In this document: positions 24,871-37,385 of the stretch, in pieces
Numbering within the stretch: position 1 is the stretch's first letter
Layout: each line of letters opens with the position of its first letter
From: Podarcis pityusensis
Lineage: Eukaryota
Strand: one strand, 5' to 3'
DNA: 64,000 nucleotides
Assembly: GCA_964106645.2 (NCBI GenBank)
Contig: OZ067046.1
Translations under genes and position numbers: made by a program
The notes under the pieces: model-generated
Databases searched by the model: none
What the model was told of the DNA's origin: nothing
What the model saw: only the letters and a program-made list of their open reading frames with translations

Positions 24871-25589
24871 TATGGGGGGGGCACTGGGTTGCACTTGTGT
24901 CCAGATTCAAATGCCTTTGAGAAACAACTGCACCCCAACAAACCACTATTTCTTTTCTCCAGGCAGACTTGACATTATGTTCCTTACACCACTGCTGAAA
25001 AGCAGGATTTGTCCTTGAATATCTAAACTCTCTCCATCCTGATCAAAGCTTCTATCAAAGAACCTCATTTCATCTTTGAAGGCATTTTTTTCTCAGGGGT
25101 TTAATGGCTATTTGATCAAGCCATTACCAGCTACAGAAGACATAGAGCATATTCTTGTGACACAGTCCCCTTGGCCTCCTGTTCTCTTTCTCTCCCATCC
25201 ACTCAGGATAGATGCAGCAGCTCATTCAGATGCACCCCCCCCACCATAGGAATTTAAAGAACATCCTCCTTGTGCAATTCTTTTATATTATAATTACCTT
25301 TCCTCAAATAAAAAAAAAAATACCCTTGAAGAACTTTCACAAAGCTTTTCTCCTGTTGGGGCGTATCAGTTCCCAATTAACCTTGCTCATTAAATCTCGA
25401 CAATGATACTACAGAATGGTGCCTTCTTACACTTTATTATATCGCAGGTTCATCCAAGCACATGTTTTTTGGAAGTGAGCTCCATTGAAATCCATGAGAC
25501 TTGCAGCAAAATCACATCCACAGCTCTAACTGCCATGGCATAAGCATGCTGAGTGAGATCTGTGGGGGAAATTTGCCTCCTTTTGCTAA

Positions 25590-25771
25590 GGGCTCATCCA
25601 GACTCCCTTTTGTGCCACATTTCTAGCACATTTCTGTGCTTGTCCAGGCGATCCATGGAAAACCTGAATTGCCGTTTGTTCATATAAAGCACTAAAGAGC
25701 AGGTTTTCATGGTGAAAGCGCCGGGGGCGGGGGAAGTACTTGGATATGGCACTTTAAAGGTGGATGAGCCC
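25590..25771. mobile_element. PIF/Harbinger MITE
   Basis: TIRs gggctcatcca / tggatgagccc; 3-bp TAA TSD on both sides. Confidence 0.85.
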
Positions 25772-25832
25772 TAAATGGCAAGAGGATCCACTCCTCCTTC
25801 ACTGTAGTTCCTGACCATCATAAGATCACAGG

Positions 25833-25960
25833 AGGGACCATAGCTCAGCTTGTGCGTTGCATGTGGAAGGCACCAGGTTCAATCCTTGACATCTCTAGTT
25901 AAAAAGAGCAGAGGGCAGGTGGTGGAAAATACTTCAGATACATCTCTGTGTCCAAATCTA
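25833..25960 (+). mobile_element. Squam2-like SINE 5' part, diverged; another at ~29240-29362
   Basis: gggaccatagctcag..ttgcatgtggaagg..caggttcaatccttgacatctc tRNA-like head. Confidence 0.6.
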
Positions 25961-27047
25961 CTCAGACCTGTGGCCTGCTGTCTCAGAGGAGGAAGAGGAA
26001 CACAGGGATAAGACCTCCACCACAGCACCATCATATCCAGAGATTCCTGACCCAGGACTCGATGTCTCCACATTGGTTACCTGGGTTCCTAGCTGCCTCT
26101 CAAGCTACCTTCCCTCCCATTTGCGCAGATCCATAGGAGTAGAAGAAGTGACAAACCAGGCAGGAGTTTCTGGGCCATCAGCTATGCAGCCAGCAGGTGC
26201 CTTTTCAGGATTCATCACTAAAATGCTGCATTTTAGAGTAATTATACCTTCAGGCTCATGCTGCACACCCATGCAACCACTTTTGGTGCATGAACAGACC
26301 CTACTGTTACCACAACTGCTGGACAAGTGTGGTTGTTTGCTCCCTAAGCGTTAGCAGCAGCTAGATTCTGTCCCTGTTTCTGGAATAAATATTGGTATTT
26401 TTCTGTGTAAAGCTGATATATGCTAACAATCGCTGAAATTGCCAGCTCTGTTTTGTTGATCACATTATTTCAACATTTCTGTTGCTGATTTCTGTCCCAA
26501 CAAGGGAGCTATTATTCTTCACATGTTTTGTACATTTCCATAAATCTTTATTTTTTCTTAGCCTTCAGTGGCACAGTCTTTGAAGAGTCCTGCTCATTCT
26601 GTACACAAGGTTAAGTTGCCCTTATTTTAAACATAACTATTTCTATTCCTTATTCTATTTTCTCAGGAAAGGCAAGTTTGCATCAGAATGTACCCAGGGC
26701 AAGCCTTTTTCTATGCTGGTGTTAGGTGTGGGTTGTTCATACGGTAAATGCCCAATTCACAGAGACTTCTTTTTAAAACCTCAAATGCCCAAATGTATGC
26801 AACAAAAAAGTCCAGCAACTCTTGCAGTTAAACATATAATATAAAATTGGCCAGCTGAAGAACAAAAAGTTCTGCTACTGCTGAATGCTTATGAAATATG
26901 AAAAATGTCAGAACATAGAGGCCATTAAATTATCCAACTTTAAAGAAAGACAATAGTTTGCACAAAATGTTAATCATTTTGCTCTTCAGCACAGGATTTT
27001 TTTGGGAGAAATAGCCACACAGGGTCATTTTAAGTAACATGTTATTA

Positions 27048-27293
27048 CAGTGGTACCTTTGGATGTGAACGGTATCCGTTCCGGAGCCCCGTTTGCATCC
27101 AGAAGCGAACGCAACCCGCGTCTGCGCGTGTCCCGATTTGCCGCTTCTGCACATGTGCGTGATGTCATTTTGACCGTCTGCGCATGCGCGAGCAGTGAAA
27201 CCCGGAAATAACGCGCTCCGTTACTTCTGGGTTGCTGCAGCGCACAACCCAAAAATACTTATCCCAAAGCTACTTCAACCTGAGGTATGACTG
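27048..27293. mobile_element. Tc1/mariner (Tigger/pogo-like) MITE
   Basis: TA TSD on both sides; TIRs cagtggtacct / aggtatgactg; CpG-rich interior suggests a young insertion. Confidence 0.85.
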
Positions 27294-30200
27294 TACATAC
27301 ATACATATATGTATAAAATTGGGTTTAAATACTTTTTGGACCAGATTGATAAACCATACAGTGGCATTAGAAGATTGATTGATGGCTAACAATGCTCTGA
27401 GGTAATACCTGGGATATTTATGGGTAGATTAGCCACACCTTAGTATCTCCTAATGCACAGGCAGGCAGTCCATAAGGACAGTTCGACTGTTTGCGCTACA
27501 TTTTCTCTACAGCTCATTTCTCCATGCACTTAGCATGTGTGGAAGCTGACTGACTCTGCCAATCCTCGTGGGATTATTTTATTACTTCTGCACTGTGGGA
27601 TCTTATGATGAGGGATCCCATGTGTCCCTGGTTTGGTTTTAGGCAAAGTGTGAGATTCTGTTCAGATGTTCCTAACTAGAGCATCCTAGAGAAAAAGTAG
27701 CCCAGGTATTTCCTCTGTTCCTTGATATTGGTGACAGCGTGTGAGTGAAAGCAGAATAAATCCACATCCCCGTTGTCTCCATTGTGAATAGATTAGGTTA
27801 CCGAATGTGGGCATCTGCCTGTATGTTATTAATTAGGAAGGACCAAGAGTCAAGTATAGTTCTCAGTTATTCTTGAAACTTTTGATTACTGAAGGAGTAA
27901 CTAGGATTTGATTAGTCTCCAGCTTGCCTTATTTTCTTGTGAAGATCTTTTTTACGTTCTTGAAATTGGCCACTCTATGAGTTGCTTTTCAACACAACAT
28001 TGATCTGTCCCATTCTGTCTTCTCCTGCAATTGATAGATTGTTCTGTCCTCTGTGTACCTGATGCAGTTGCAATGTGACAGTTGAATTATCAAGATTGGA
28101 TTTCTAGGGCTAAATAAATAAATAAAACATGCCGCACGGTACTCATTCTGGTTTGCAGCCCAGCGGTCTCTTTGAATTCCCCACTTTCCAGATCTGCCTT
28201 GCTTTCAGACAAGTATGTAAAGGCCTGAGAGACTGAGTATTCTCTATCAAGTTAAAATACTAATTGTGATTTGTTCTGCTCCTTAATGAGCAGGCATGAA
28301 TGTCTGATACTTCTTATGCTTATCAGGAGATACAAAAGAGAGAGAAAAGGAGCAACCTCTTCCAGCAAGCAAGGCTGTAGCAAATGGTATTAAACTATGG
28401 TGTTATGACAGCCACTTAGGTATGACATTTCAGTATTTACATTTTTAAATTTCCCATTACTTTTGTGTTGCAGTTGCCTGATGCCTTCATCCAGAAACCT
28501 TAGCAATCTCTTCACATAGTTAATATTCCGTTATGAAAAATCTATTGCAGTTTCAATGATGAATAGATGCTAATTTATACATATATACTTACACTCTGAA
28601 TGCCTAATTAATGATTTTCTGTGCCACTCACAGAGATGCAAATCATTATCTTTCGTGACTCTATCATTATTGCATTGCCCTTATTTGTCTTAAATTTGGG
28701 GGGAATTTAAATTGTAGTTGTGAAGGAAAGGATGTTTAAAAGCAACAACACACCTTACCTACTTGATGAAACATCAGAGATTGTGTACCTTTGAAATTTG
28801 TGAAGTTGTATGACTACTAGAAGCTCCTCTAATAAGCACTGGATTATCATTGTCTCTGAGAAGAGGTTACTATTTTCAGCCTCTCACAAACTATCAAGCA
28901 TGGAGTATGCTGGGAGGCGCAGCATTGGTTCAGGAGCAAGAGCTCTGGAGCTATTCTAGCGCCTGGCAGCAAGATATTCCAGTTTGGCCCTCTGAAGGTT
29001 TTATTAAGAGAATGTCCTGGACTGATTTCAGAAGTTGTGGTGCAAAATAAGGATGGAGGTGATCCCTTGGCCAAAGCTAATAAGGGCCTGGGTAGAAGTG
29101 CTAAATGGTCTCTGGATAAGAACAACGCTTGGCTGAATGTTAGCTTGTTTCCCTGCAAGATTTCTCCCGGACGAAGGGAAACATGTTTGTTGTGCCTACT
29201 ATCAGTTCATTTCCACCATTTCGCCAATATTACAACTGCAGTAGCAGTAGGCATGCTTTGTGTGCAGAAGGTCTCAGGTTCAGTCATGGGCATCTACAGT
29301 AAAAGGGTGAGATAGCAGGGAAAGATTCTTTGCCTAAGACCCTAGAGAGTCACTCCCAGTCATTTTAACCTTTGCTGATCTGTTTATTGGATGCTGCTTT
29401 TATGGAGTTTATGGAGCTTTAAATATGTATATATATTTGTAAGCTGTCCATCTAAATCTAAATAAATAAATAATATATTGTTTATTAAATTTGTATACCA
29501 CCCTATACCTGTAGATTTCAGGGCGCTTCACCACATAAAAATCCACTGCCAATTATGCAGTGGTTTCTATCCACCAATACTGCATATCCAACCCAGCTGT
29601 ATTCACAATCACTATTGCAAATTAGATGCCCCACACCATAGTGAGAAAGTATACACACACACCAGTGTTTATTGTGGAGATCTGATAAAGAGGTCTGTAC
29701 CATGCAGAGTAAAGCAAGGGACCGTGGGGGTGGGGTGGAATTTTGCAGTATTCTGCTCTAGTAGTAAAACGTCTTGGGATGACCTATTAACATAGTTTTC
29801 AGAGTAGGGAGTTAGCCAGATCCTCATTTCTATGCTAATAAATATCATCACCATAATGTGAGAGCCAAATAGCCCAGCCCCAACTGAAGCATCATTAGGA
29901 GCCATATGAAGTTCACCTTCCTGCAAAGATAACATGGGTGATCATTTTAAGTGCAGCATGCAGCCAACATACAATCATACCCTGAAGCATGCATTGTAAA
30001 GCAGTGATTGTTAAACTGTAAAACAAACATTTGAGAGGAGTCAGAGTTTCAGTGTGACAGCACCTGCCTATTAATATTAGGCAGCCTTGTTGTATAATTC
30101 CAGAAGCCTGCAAAACATGTTTCTCTTATAGCAAGTCTATCAGGACGTATAATCCTGCTATTCATGCTTGTTTTTAAATTTGGCTGGTGATATTTGGATA

Positions 30201-30556
30201 TTGCCAGTAATTGTTTTTATCTGTTCGGAAGCATATTGGGGTTATTTTGTTGGCAATCTGCTTTGTGCTCCTAAACCCTGGCAACTATAGTAAAAAATAT
30301 GGTTGCATTGCTATTACCACTTACTTGGGAATAAATCCCATCTAAATTGGTGTGAATTACTTCTGCATAAATATGAATAGGATCATGCAGCAAAGCATGC
30401 TGTATTAACACAGGTGAATCTGGTTCTAGAAAGGAGTTGGGTGTCTTACGCTGTATTTGGGGACTGTTGCCTACAGATGCCTCAATAAATGCATCAGCCT
30501 TGAAGGTCCCAAGGGTCTCTGTTGTTTTTGCTTCTTCTTTGCACAGAGAGCTTAAG

Positions 30557-31273
30557 GGCAGATCCACACCATACATTTAAAGCGCACCCAATGCATGACT
30601 TCCCCCAAAGAGTCCTCAGAATGGTAGTTTCACATTACAGAACTGCAAGTCAAAGTGCCCTTAAAAACTGCAGTTCTTAGGATTCTTGGGGGACAGTCAT
30701 GTGTAAGGTTACCAGATTTTTTTCAGTGAATCCGGGGGCACTAAATAAGTAAGTAAGTAAGTAAATAAATAAATAAATAAATACTACACATTGAGGAGCA
30801 GCCCCATCCCAACTCCTACTAGCATGCAAGCAGGAGGGGGCAGGAATCCCTCAGCTGCCTAACTGAGAGATCCCTGCCCCCTCCTGCTTGCACACAAGCT
30901 CTGATAGACAGCGTGAAGCCTCTATTCACAGCTGAGAGATCCCCACCCCGCTCCTGCTTGCACGCAAGTAGGAGTTGGGAAGCTGCTCCGATAGGCAGCA
31001 TGAAGCCTCCCTTCACAGCTTAGTTGCTGGGGTCAAGGAAGGTGGAGGCAGCCCGGAAGCTGCATCTTAGAGCCCCTGCCCCACCATCATATGGGGGCTT
31101 CCGAGCAGCTCCTGAAGCCAGCCAGAGCCAACTGCTCCGGGCTGCTGAGACTGCATTTCCCGGGGACATTAGATGGAATCCGGAGACTTAATCGTAAATC
31201 CGGGGACTGTCCCTGGGAAACGGGGACATCTGGTAACCCTAGTCATATGCCCTTAACATAATAGGATCTGTTC
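30557..31273. mobile_element. Harbinger-like palindromic MITE interrupted by a hAT element
   Basis: taa-gggcagatccacacc...catgacttcccccaaaga / ttcttgggggacagtcatg...ggatctgttc termini and arms. Confidence 0.7.
30704..31241. mobile_element. hAT (Blackjack-like) non-autonomous element, nested
   Basis: TIRs taaggttaccagat / atctggtaacccta; TSD gtcatgtg/gtcatatg; subterminal ccggggac repeats. Confidence 0.9.
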
Positions 31274-31698
31274 TCAGAATAAAGCAGCACATTTATTCAT
31301 TTGGAGACGTTTATGCCCCACCTTTGAACTGAGCTCTTGGGATAGCTTGCAGTAAATTTTACATACAAGAAATCTGACAATCAGGATAGCAGAGCCCCTC
31401 AGAGGATGTATCTTGTGGCTCCTGGTAGAAGATGGAAAACGCATGGCCATATTTGTGTGTGGGGGACATATATGAGGGATGGGGAACATGTCACCCTCAT
31501 ATGTTGTTGGGCTCCAACTCCCACCAGCCCCATCCAGCATGAGCCAGTGGTCAAGGATGGTGGGTATCATAGTCTGCAGCATCTGGAACGTCACAGGCAG
31601 TAATGTAGTGGCAAATCCAGAAGTTGCAGGGTCCCTTTATGATGCTCACAGCCACACACACTTCTAAGAAGACACACTTTTATGAGACTATACAATAG

Positions 31699-31734
<36 letters not shown>
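31699..31734. repeat. (CAT)n microsatellite
   Basis: Direct reading. Confidence 0.95.
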
Positions 31735-32856
31735 AGATGTAATGCATCCATCACTGCCTTTCCTTGTTCTATTGTACGTAGCAGAACTTGTACACCATTC
31801 TCTTGAAACTGAAGTGACTTGTGCTTCCTAAATGTTTAGCTTTGGAACATACAGAGCAACTTCTCCTGGGTGGTATTCCTGCTTTTCCAGAGTGACCCTA
31901 GGAGCCGATCCTCAGTGGCTGACTCCCCTCCTTTCATTCTGATTGGTTTCTTTTAGAGCAAAGGGTGAGAATACTTCCTCTCAGTGGCTAAGGAACTCTC
32001 TTTCCATGCTGATTGTGGGGCTCTGGGATACTGGAGAGAGGGCCCCTGTTGGGCCCCTCCTGCAGAAATAGTACAGTAATGGGTCCTCAACCACTCGCAA
32101 CCCCAGACTACTACACTTCTGGTCTCAGGTTCCAAATCCCTCATGTATGTAAACTGATAATGAAAACAAGGCAAAAGGGTAACACTTTCCATTTTGTAAA
32201 ATGGACTTTCTCTTGTACTGTATGCCTTAGTAAATGATAATGACTGCCTTTTGAGTGTTTGAAACTTTTGAGTCTTTGAAAAACACAAACCAAAAGGAGT
32301 TGGTTATGGATTTCTTTCTCATATACCTTGCACAAACTTTTAATACTTAAATTACTAGTTACATTTAGAGGGGGGGGACTTTTGTTGAAGGAATAGGTTT
32401 TATAAACATCACCCAGCTCTATACATTTAATCTACAAATCAGAAAATAATGATATCTGATCAATATTTCTGAAATATTCAAAGCAATCCTATATATGTCT
32501 ATTTAAAACAAAGTCTCGCTGATTTCGGAAGGGCTTGCTGGGGAGTAAGTGGATATAGGATTGCAGCCTTAATTGCTCTTTCTGTTTACAAGCAGTTTTC
32601 AGGTGACTTTAAGATACTGTTTTAAAACAATTTGGGGGAGGAACAGGACAGTGCCAGGATGAACCACCTGATCTAAAGCATGAGAAGGTAGATTGTTGGG
32701 AAAGGAGAAGAAATCCCTTCTGCGAGCCCCAACAGCAGGGAAAGAAATTTAACCTTTGTAGTGGGAATGGCTCCCTCCTCCAACAGCTTTGCATGCGTCA
32801 GCCACAAAAATAGCAACATCAGGAACAAAGCTCTGTCGGTTAATGAAAAAGAAGGC

Positions 32857-32859
<3 letters not shown>

Positions 32860-32907
<48 letters not shown>
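32860..32907. repeat. (GA)n microsatellite
   Basis: Direct reading. Confidence 0.95.
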
Positions 32908-32909
<2 letters not shown>

Positions 32910-33653
32910 ACTCCAAGTTGCACTAATCGAATCCTCTCCCATGATAACCAGGCCACCTTGTTAAGTTCCTGTCGAAAAAGTGCAAAGTTTGAGTCGAAAG
33001 ATCATAGTGTTTCCGCTTGTGTTTCTCCTTCTAGCTTGCTTGCGTCGGCTCTGTGGTCACTTTTAGCCATGTCAGCATGTTGAAAATTGCTGATGGTAAA
33101 CACCAGAGGTATGCATTCACAGTATTGGAGAAACCACAAAGAATATTGCCTGGGGGTGGGGGCGGGGAGAGAAATGGTAAACTTTCTCATTGTGACATAT
33201 TCATGCTATCCCGGCTTTTTTGTGAAGACTTCTGGAAAATACTAGATGCGGGGGTGGGGATTGGTGTTGACAGTATAATACAGAAGTTTCTAGTTTGCTT
33301 TTCTTTACTAGACGTGTTAATTGGAATCTAAGAAACTGGAGGGCAGAGGAGCAAGATACATTTTGAGCCTCTTGAATTACCCGCACATATATCTATCTTC
33401 TTTATATTTCTGTTGTGATTGACAGCCAAATCGGAATATACCGGTATGTTACGAACAAGAAGGCTACAGATAGTATGAATACATTAGTAACATGTGGCTA
33501 ATATAGTCACACTGCAGGCATTGGGCAGAGCATGCAGCATTCATATATTAAAACTATAACCTGCAAACGTGAAGCATTTGATTTGCTAGGTATGTTGATG
33601 AACGGACTAAAAATGATGGGTTGTTTTATTTATTTTATTCTTATTACACTAGA

Positions 33654-33813
33654 GCCTGGTTAGCTGCGTTGGTTAGAAGCTGGTGCTGATAACACCAAGG
33701 TTGCAGGTTCCATCCCTGTATGGGACAGCTGCATATTGCAGCACTGCGAGGGGTTGGATTAGACTGAGGATCCTCAAGGTCCCGCCCAACTCAAGAATTC
33801 TATGATTCTATGA
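33654..33813 (+). mobile_element. SINE with tRNA-Ile-derived head and CR1-type 3' tail
   Basis: 33654-33727 aligns with vertebrate tRNA-Ile (ggttagct..gttggttaga..tggtgctGATaacaccaaggttgcaggttc.atccctgta.ggg); ends in ggggttgga..ccaact..(attctatg)2. Confidence 0.85.
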
Positions 33814-34382
33814 TCCAGTATTTTGCTATTGATGTTTCAGAAAGAAAAAGAAAAGTATTTCACAGCAGTCATGAGGCCTAGAAGCCTACTTTAATGGAAT
33901 CTGGCCTTCTCAGCAGTACAAGAACCAGCAAAAGTGGTTTGTGAATTGTTTTATGCCATGCCTTGGACCTTATGCTATGCATGCCACTATCGCAGAGATG
34001 AAATTGACAGTTTTGAGATGCCTTCTAAAATATGGCTGTTGCTTTCCTGGCTGGGTTACTGTTTCCAAAGGGGGGGTGGGACTGGAGAAAAAAACGAATG
34101 AATAGTGTTTATTGTTTTCTGCTGATTTTGCCACTCCCTGTTGTTTAATGCACACACTAAAAAGCAAATAAATTTGGGTGAAGCTATATAAAATCTGGGA
34201 TACTTTAATTTTGACCCAGAATAGTGCAGTGGTCTGATAGTTTAAGGGTGTTGTGAGGGGTCTCCTATCAACTCTCAGCATCGTTAACAAGCTACAGTTC
34301 CCAGGATTCTTTGGGGGTAAGCTATGGCTGTTAAAGTGCTATAAGAGTGCTTTAAATATATGGGGTTGCTATGACCCTAATC

Positions 34383-34737
34383 CAGGGGTCGGCAATCTAA
34401 GGCCCATGGGCCACAAGCAGCCCATGGGGGTTGTTTAACCAGCCCATGGATCCCCGCCACCCTCTCGGGGACCCCTGCCGCCTGCTCAGTCGGCTCCCGT
34501 GCACCGCGCTAAACTGGCGTGGAGCAGAGCAGGGACCGCCTTTTGCGACGCTGGCCAGCTTCCCATTGGCTGCAGGAAGCTCCTGCAGCCAGTGGGAAGC
34601 TGTGCACACCTCCTCCGTGCTGGAAGGAGCGCCAAAAATAGTGTTTGCGCATGCGTGTGTGCACACACACTCCGGCCCACTGTGGCATCTGCGGGACCGT
34701 GAACCTGCCCAAGCCACAAAAACTTTGCTGACCCCTG
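34383..34737 (+). mobile_element. hAT (Charlie-like) MITE
   Basis: TIRs caggggtcggcaa / ttgctgacccctg; perfect TSD ccctaatc. Confidence 0.92.
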
Positions 34738-35074
34738 CCCTAATCCTAGGCCATTTGTGGCTTTAAAGCCCAACACCAACACTTTGAACTTAACTCAGGC
34801 ACAAACTAGAATCTAGTGAAGATGACACAATACTTATGCCAGTTGAGACTTGCCTTTTGTTCAGGTAGCACAGTAGCCTCACTTCACAAATTACTCTGCC
34901 TTTCTCCATAGAAACAGGATTGTTCTAGAATACCTGGCGCAATGTGATCTCTCATTTGACTGGAACCTTATATTTTGGAATTGATAAGAACCCACTGCAC
35001 TTTTGTGTGTGAAGATAGGCCAGCTTGAACAGACCCCTGCTGTTCCTTGAATGGAAGTACACATGATCTTTCGT

Positions 35075-35136
35075 GTTTGAACGTTTTGCTGGAAGCCACC
35101 CAGAGTGGCTGGGGTAATCCAGTCAGATGGGCAGTA

Positions 35137-35175
<39 letters not shown>
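35075..35175 (+). mobile_element. LINE/SINE 3' end with (AAT)n tail
   Basis: gaagccacccagagtggctggggtaatccagtcagatgggc followed by ~13 AAT units; same family as 505-588. Confidence 0.7.
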
Positions 35176-35176
<1 letters not shown>

Positions 35177-35291
35177 CATGTGCATGTGCATGTTCTCATG
35201 GAAGGACACCATCATCTTGTGAAGCTTAAGTGAGCACCCTGTCTGGTTGAGCAGTGGCTGAGTAGCTCAAAGGTCTTCATCCGGTTTATGA

Positions 35292-35367
35292 ATCATAGAA
35301 TCATAGAATCAAAGAGTTGGAAGAGACCACAAGGGCCATCGAGTCCAACCCCCTGCCAAGCAGGAAA
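35292..35367 (-). mobile_element. CR1 LINE extreme 3' end
   Basis: Reverse complement reads tttcctgcttggcagggggttggactcgatggcccttgtggtctcttccaactc..(attctatg)n. Confidence 0.9.
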
Positions 35368-36675
35368 CAATGTATGAAGACAATGTACAAGGGGTGTCTA
35401 TGCTGTTGACATTTCTTCTGTAGCTTGTGCAGTGAGAAAATCATGTTGACTGTTGACCTCTTGAGTTCTAAAGCTCAGGTGCGGGATAGACCCTGTCAGT
35501 GAGTGACTGTAATCTGTTGAGACCTTCATGGGCAGAGGCTTTCCCCACAGCATGGAGATTCCGTGGCAGTTGTTACAATCATAGCAGTCGTCTTTGTTCT
35601 TTGAGGGTCACAATGCTGGGGAGATGCATGTCTTGTGGCACAGATCCTTTTTTCAACACGGCAAGAGAAAGCCGTGGAGGTGTGTCATGAGAGGGGAATT
35701 GAAGCTGCTTTTCAGCACTTCTGTTGGGATTCTGTCCTGCCCCATCCCATGCCATCCGGTCTGTGATGATCTCTTCCGTCAAAGTTTACAGCCGTGCAGT
35801 TTTTCCTGATTGTTGGTCCAAAGCTTGTCTTCGTGCTTTTGTACAATTTGCAAGTGTTACTACTGTCAGCAGTGAGTTGAATGCTCTGGTACATCGTCTA
35901 GCAACCAGCTAGGCATTGCTCCATGCCTTTCTCAGTGCAGCAAGCGTCTTCTTGCAGGGCCCACGCTTGTGGTTCACAAGAACCTTGCACTTTGCAGCAA
36001 TAACAGGCTCCATGTCCTTAATGCTGCTCTCTTTTGTCACTTCCATTTTCTGTGCTTTGAGCCCACTAGTGCATTAGCAATAGCCACCTTTCTAGAAAAT
36101 GTTTCCAGATCATCACAGAGCAGCTCATCCCTTTGACAAGTTTCAGTCTTAGGAAATCCACATGGAAGATTTTTCCTGTATTAATGGTGAACATCTGAGC
36201 ATCCACATAGAAAGTATATTGCAGCAAACAAAACAGTTGCTAAAAGTGTCAGTATTATAGCACAAGATTAGTTGTCTGCCTTGGATAACATTTATTATTA
36301 TTTAGTATTATTTATTTATTTTCAGCTATTTATATACAGTATGGGGTTTGATCCACTGAGCACTGCTGCTGTATAATCTCTTATCTGCCCGTCCCTTTAA
36401 AAAACTCAAAGTAACACTTTGCTAAAAAGAAAAGAGAGGAAACAAAAGCCTTCTGTTTTAGTTAGTTTTTTTCTTGATTTGTTTTGTAAATCTAAATGGT
36501 AAGGAGGCCACTGACAATATCAGTGACTCATTTTTTACATTTCACTTTAAAAGAGGGAGGAGGGGAGACTTGTGCAATAAAGAGGACTTCTGCTATATTT
36601 AGAATAAAACTTCATGCTCCCTCTATCAGGATGTGAGCTTAATTATAGCATGCTATAAACTTTGCTTTTGTAAAG

Positions 36676-36677
<2 letters not shown>

Positions 36678-36725
<48 letters not shown>

Positions 36726-36728
36726 TGT
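36678..36728. repeat. Compound (CT)n(GT)n microsatellite
   Basis: Direct reading. Confidence 0.95.
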
Positions 36729-37135
36729 TTAGCAGAATTTGGCTGCTATTTTTGCGATGGTTTTGTAACAGCAGCAAAGCTCCGACACACATGGATTTTG
36801 TGCAATTTGAAAAAGGATTCCTTCAAGGGCCAATGATAGCAGCCTTGTGGTTTTACAGTCTTCTCCCAGCCTTCCGCTCACTGAAATAAACACTGTGTGT
36901 GTAAACTGGTAATGTTGGTTTAAAGTACTAGTTTGAAATTTAGTTCTCTGGCTGTAGTGCTCTGATAACTTCTGTTATCTACCCTGAATTTTAGTCACAA
37001 GCCTTTCGGAGGAAGCCTCCTTGAATGTGAGGAAGATTAGCTGGCTGCAAGTCTGCTCTGCTTTGGCTCCCCCTGTGGTTTGGCCACAACTATCCTTTTA
37101 AATCATACAGGCTTTTCTGGACTGAGGCACTAGGG

Positions 37136-37385
37136 CAGGGGTAGGCAAACTAAGGCCCGGGGGCCAGATCCGGCCCAATCGCCTTCTCAATCCGGCCCGC
37201 GGACAGTCCCAGAATCAGCGTGTTTTTACATGAGTAGAATGTGTGCTTTTATTTAAAATGCATCTCTGGGTTATTTGTCGGGGATAGGAATTAGTTCATT
37301 TCTTTTTCCAAAATATAGTCCAGCCCCCCACAAGGTTTGAGGGACGGTGGACCGGCCCACGGCTGAAAAAGGTTGCTAAGCCCTG
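37136..37385 (+). mobile_element. hAT (Charlie-like) MITE, same family as 47769-48016
   Basis: caggggtaggcaaac / ggttgctaagccctg termini; interior gtttttacatgagtagaatgtgt..tttatttaaaatgcatctctgggttatttg shared with 47769. Confidence 0.88.

Noticed and set aside
31957-31964. 8-nt microexon (ttttag/AGCAAAGG/gtgaga)
   Set aside because: Frame-shifting length and no supporting context.
33654-33727. Functional tRNA-Ile gene
   Set aside because: D-arm and T-loop are mutated, there is no poly-T terminator, and it runs directly into a CR1 tail, so it is a SINE.
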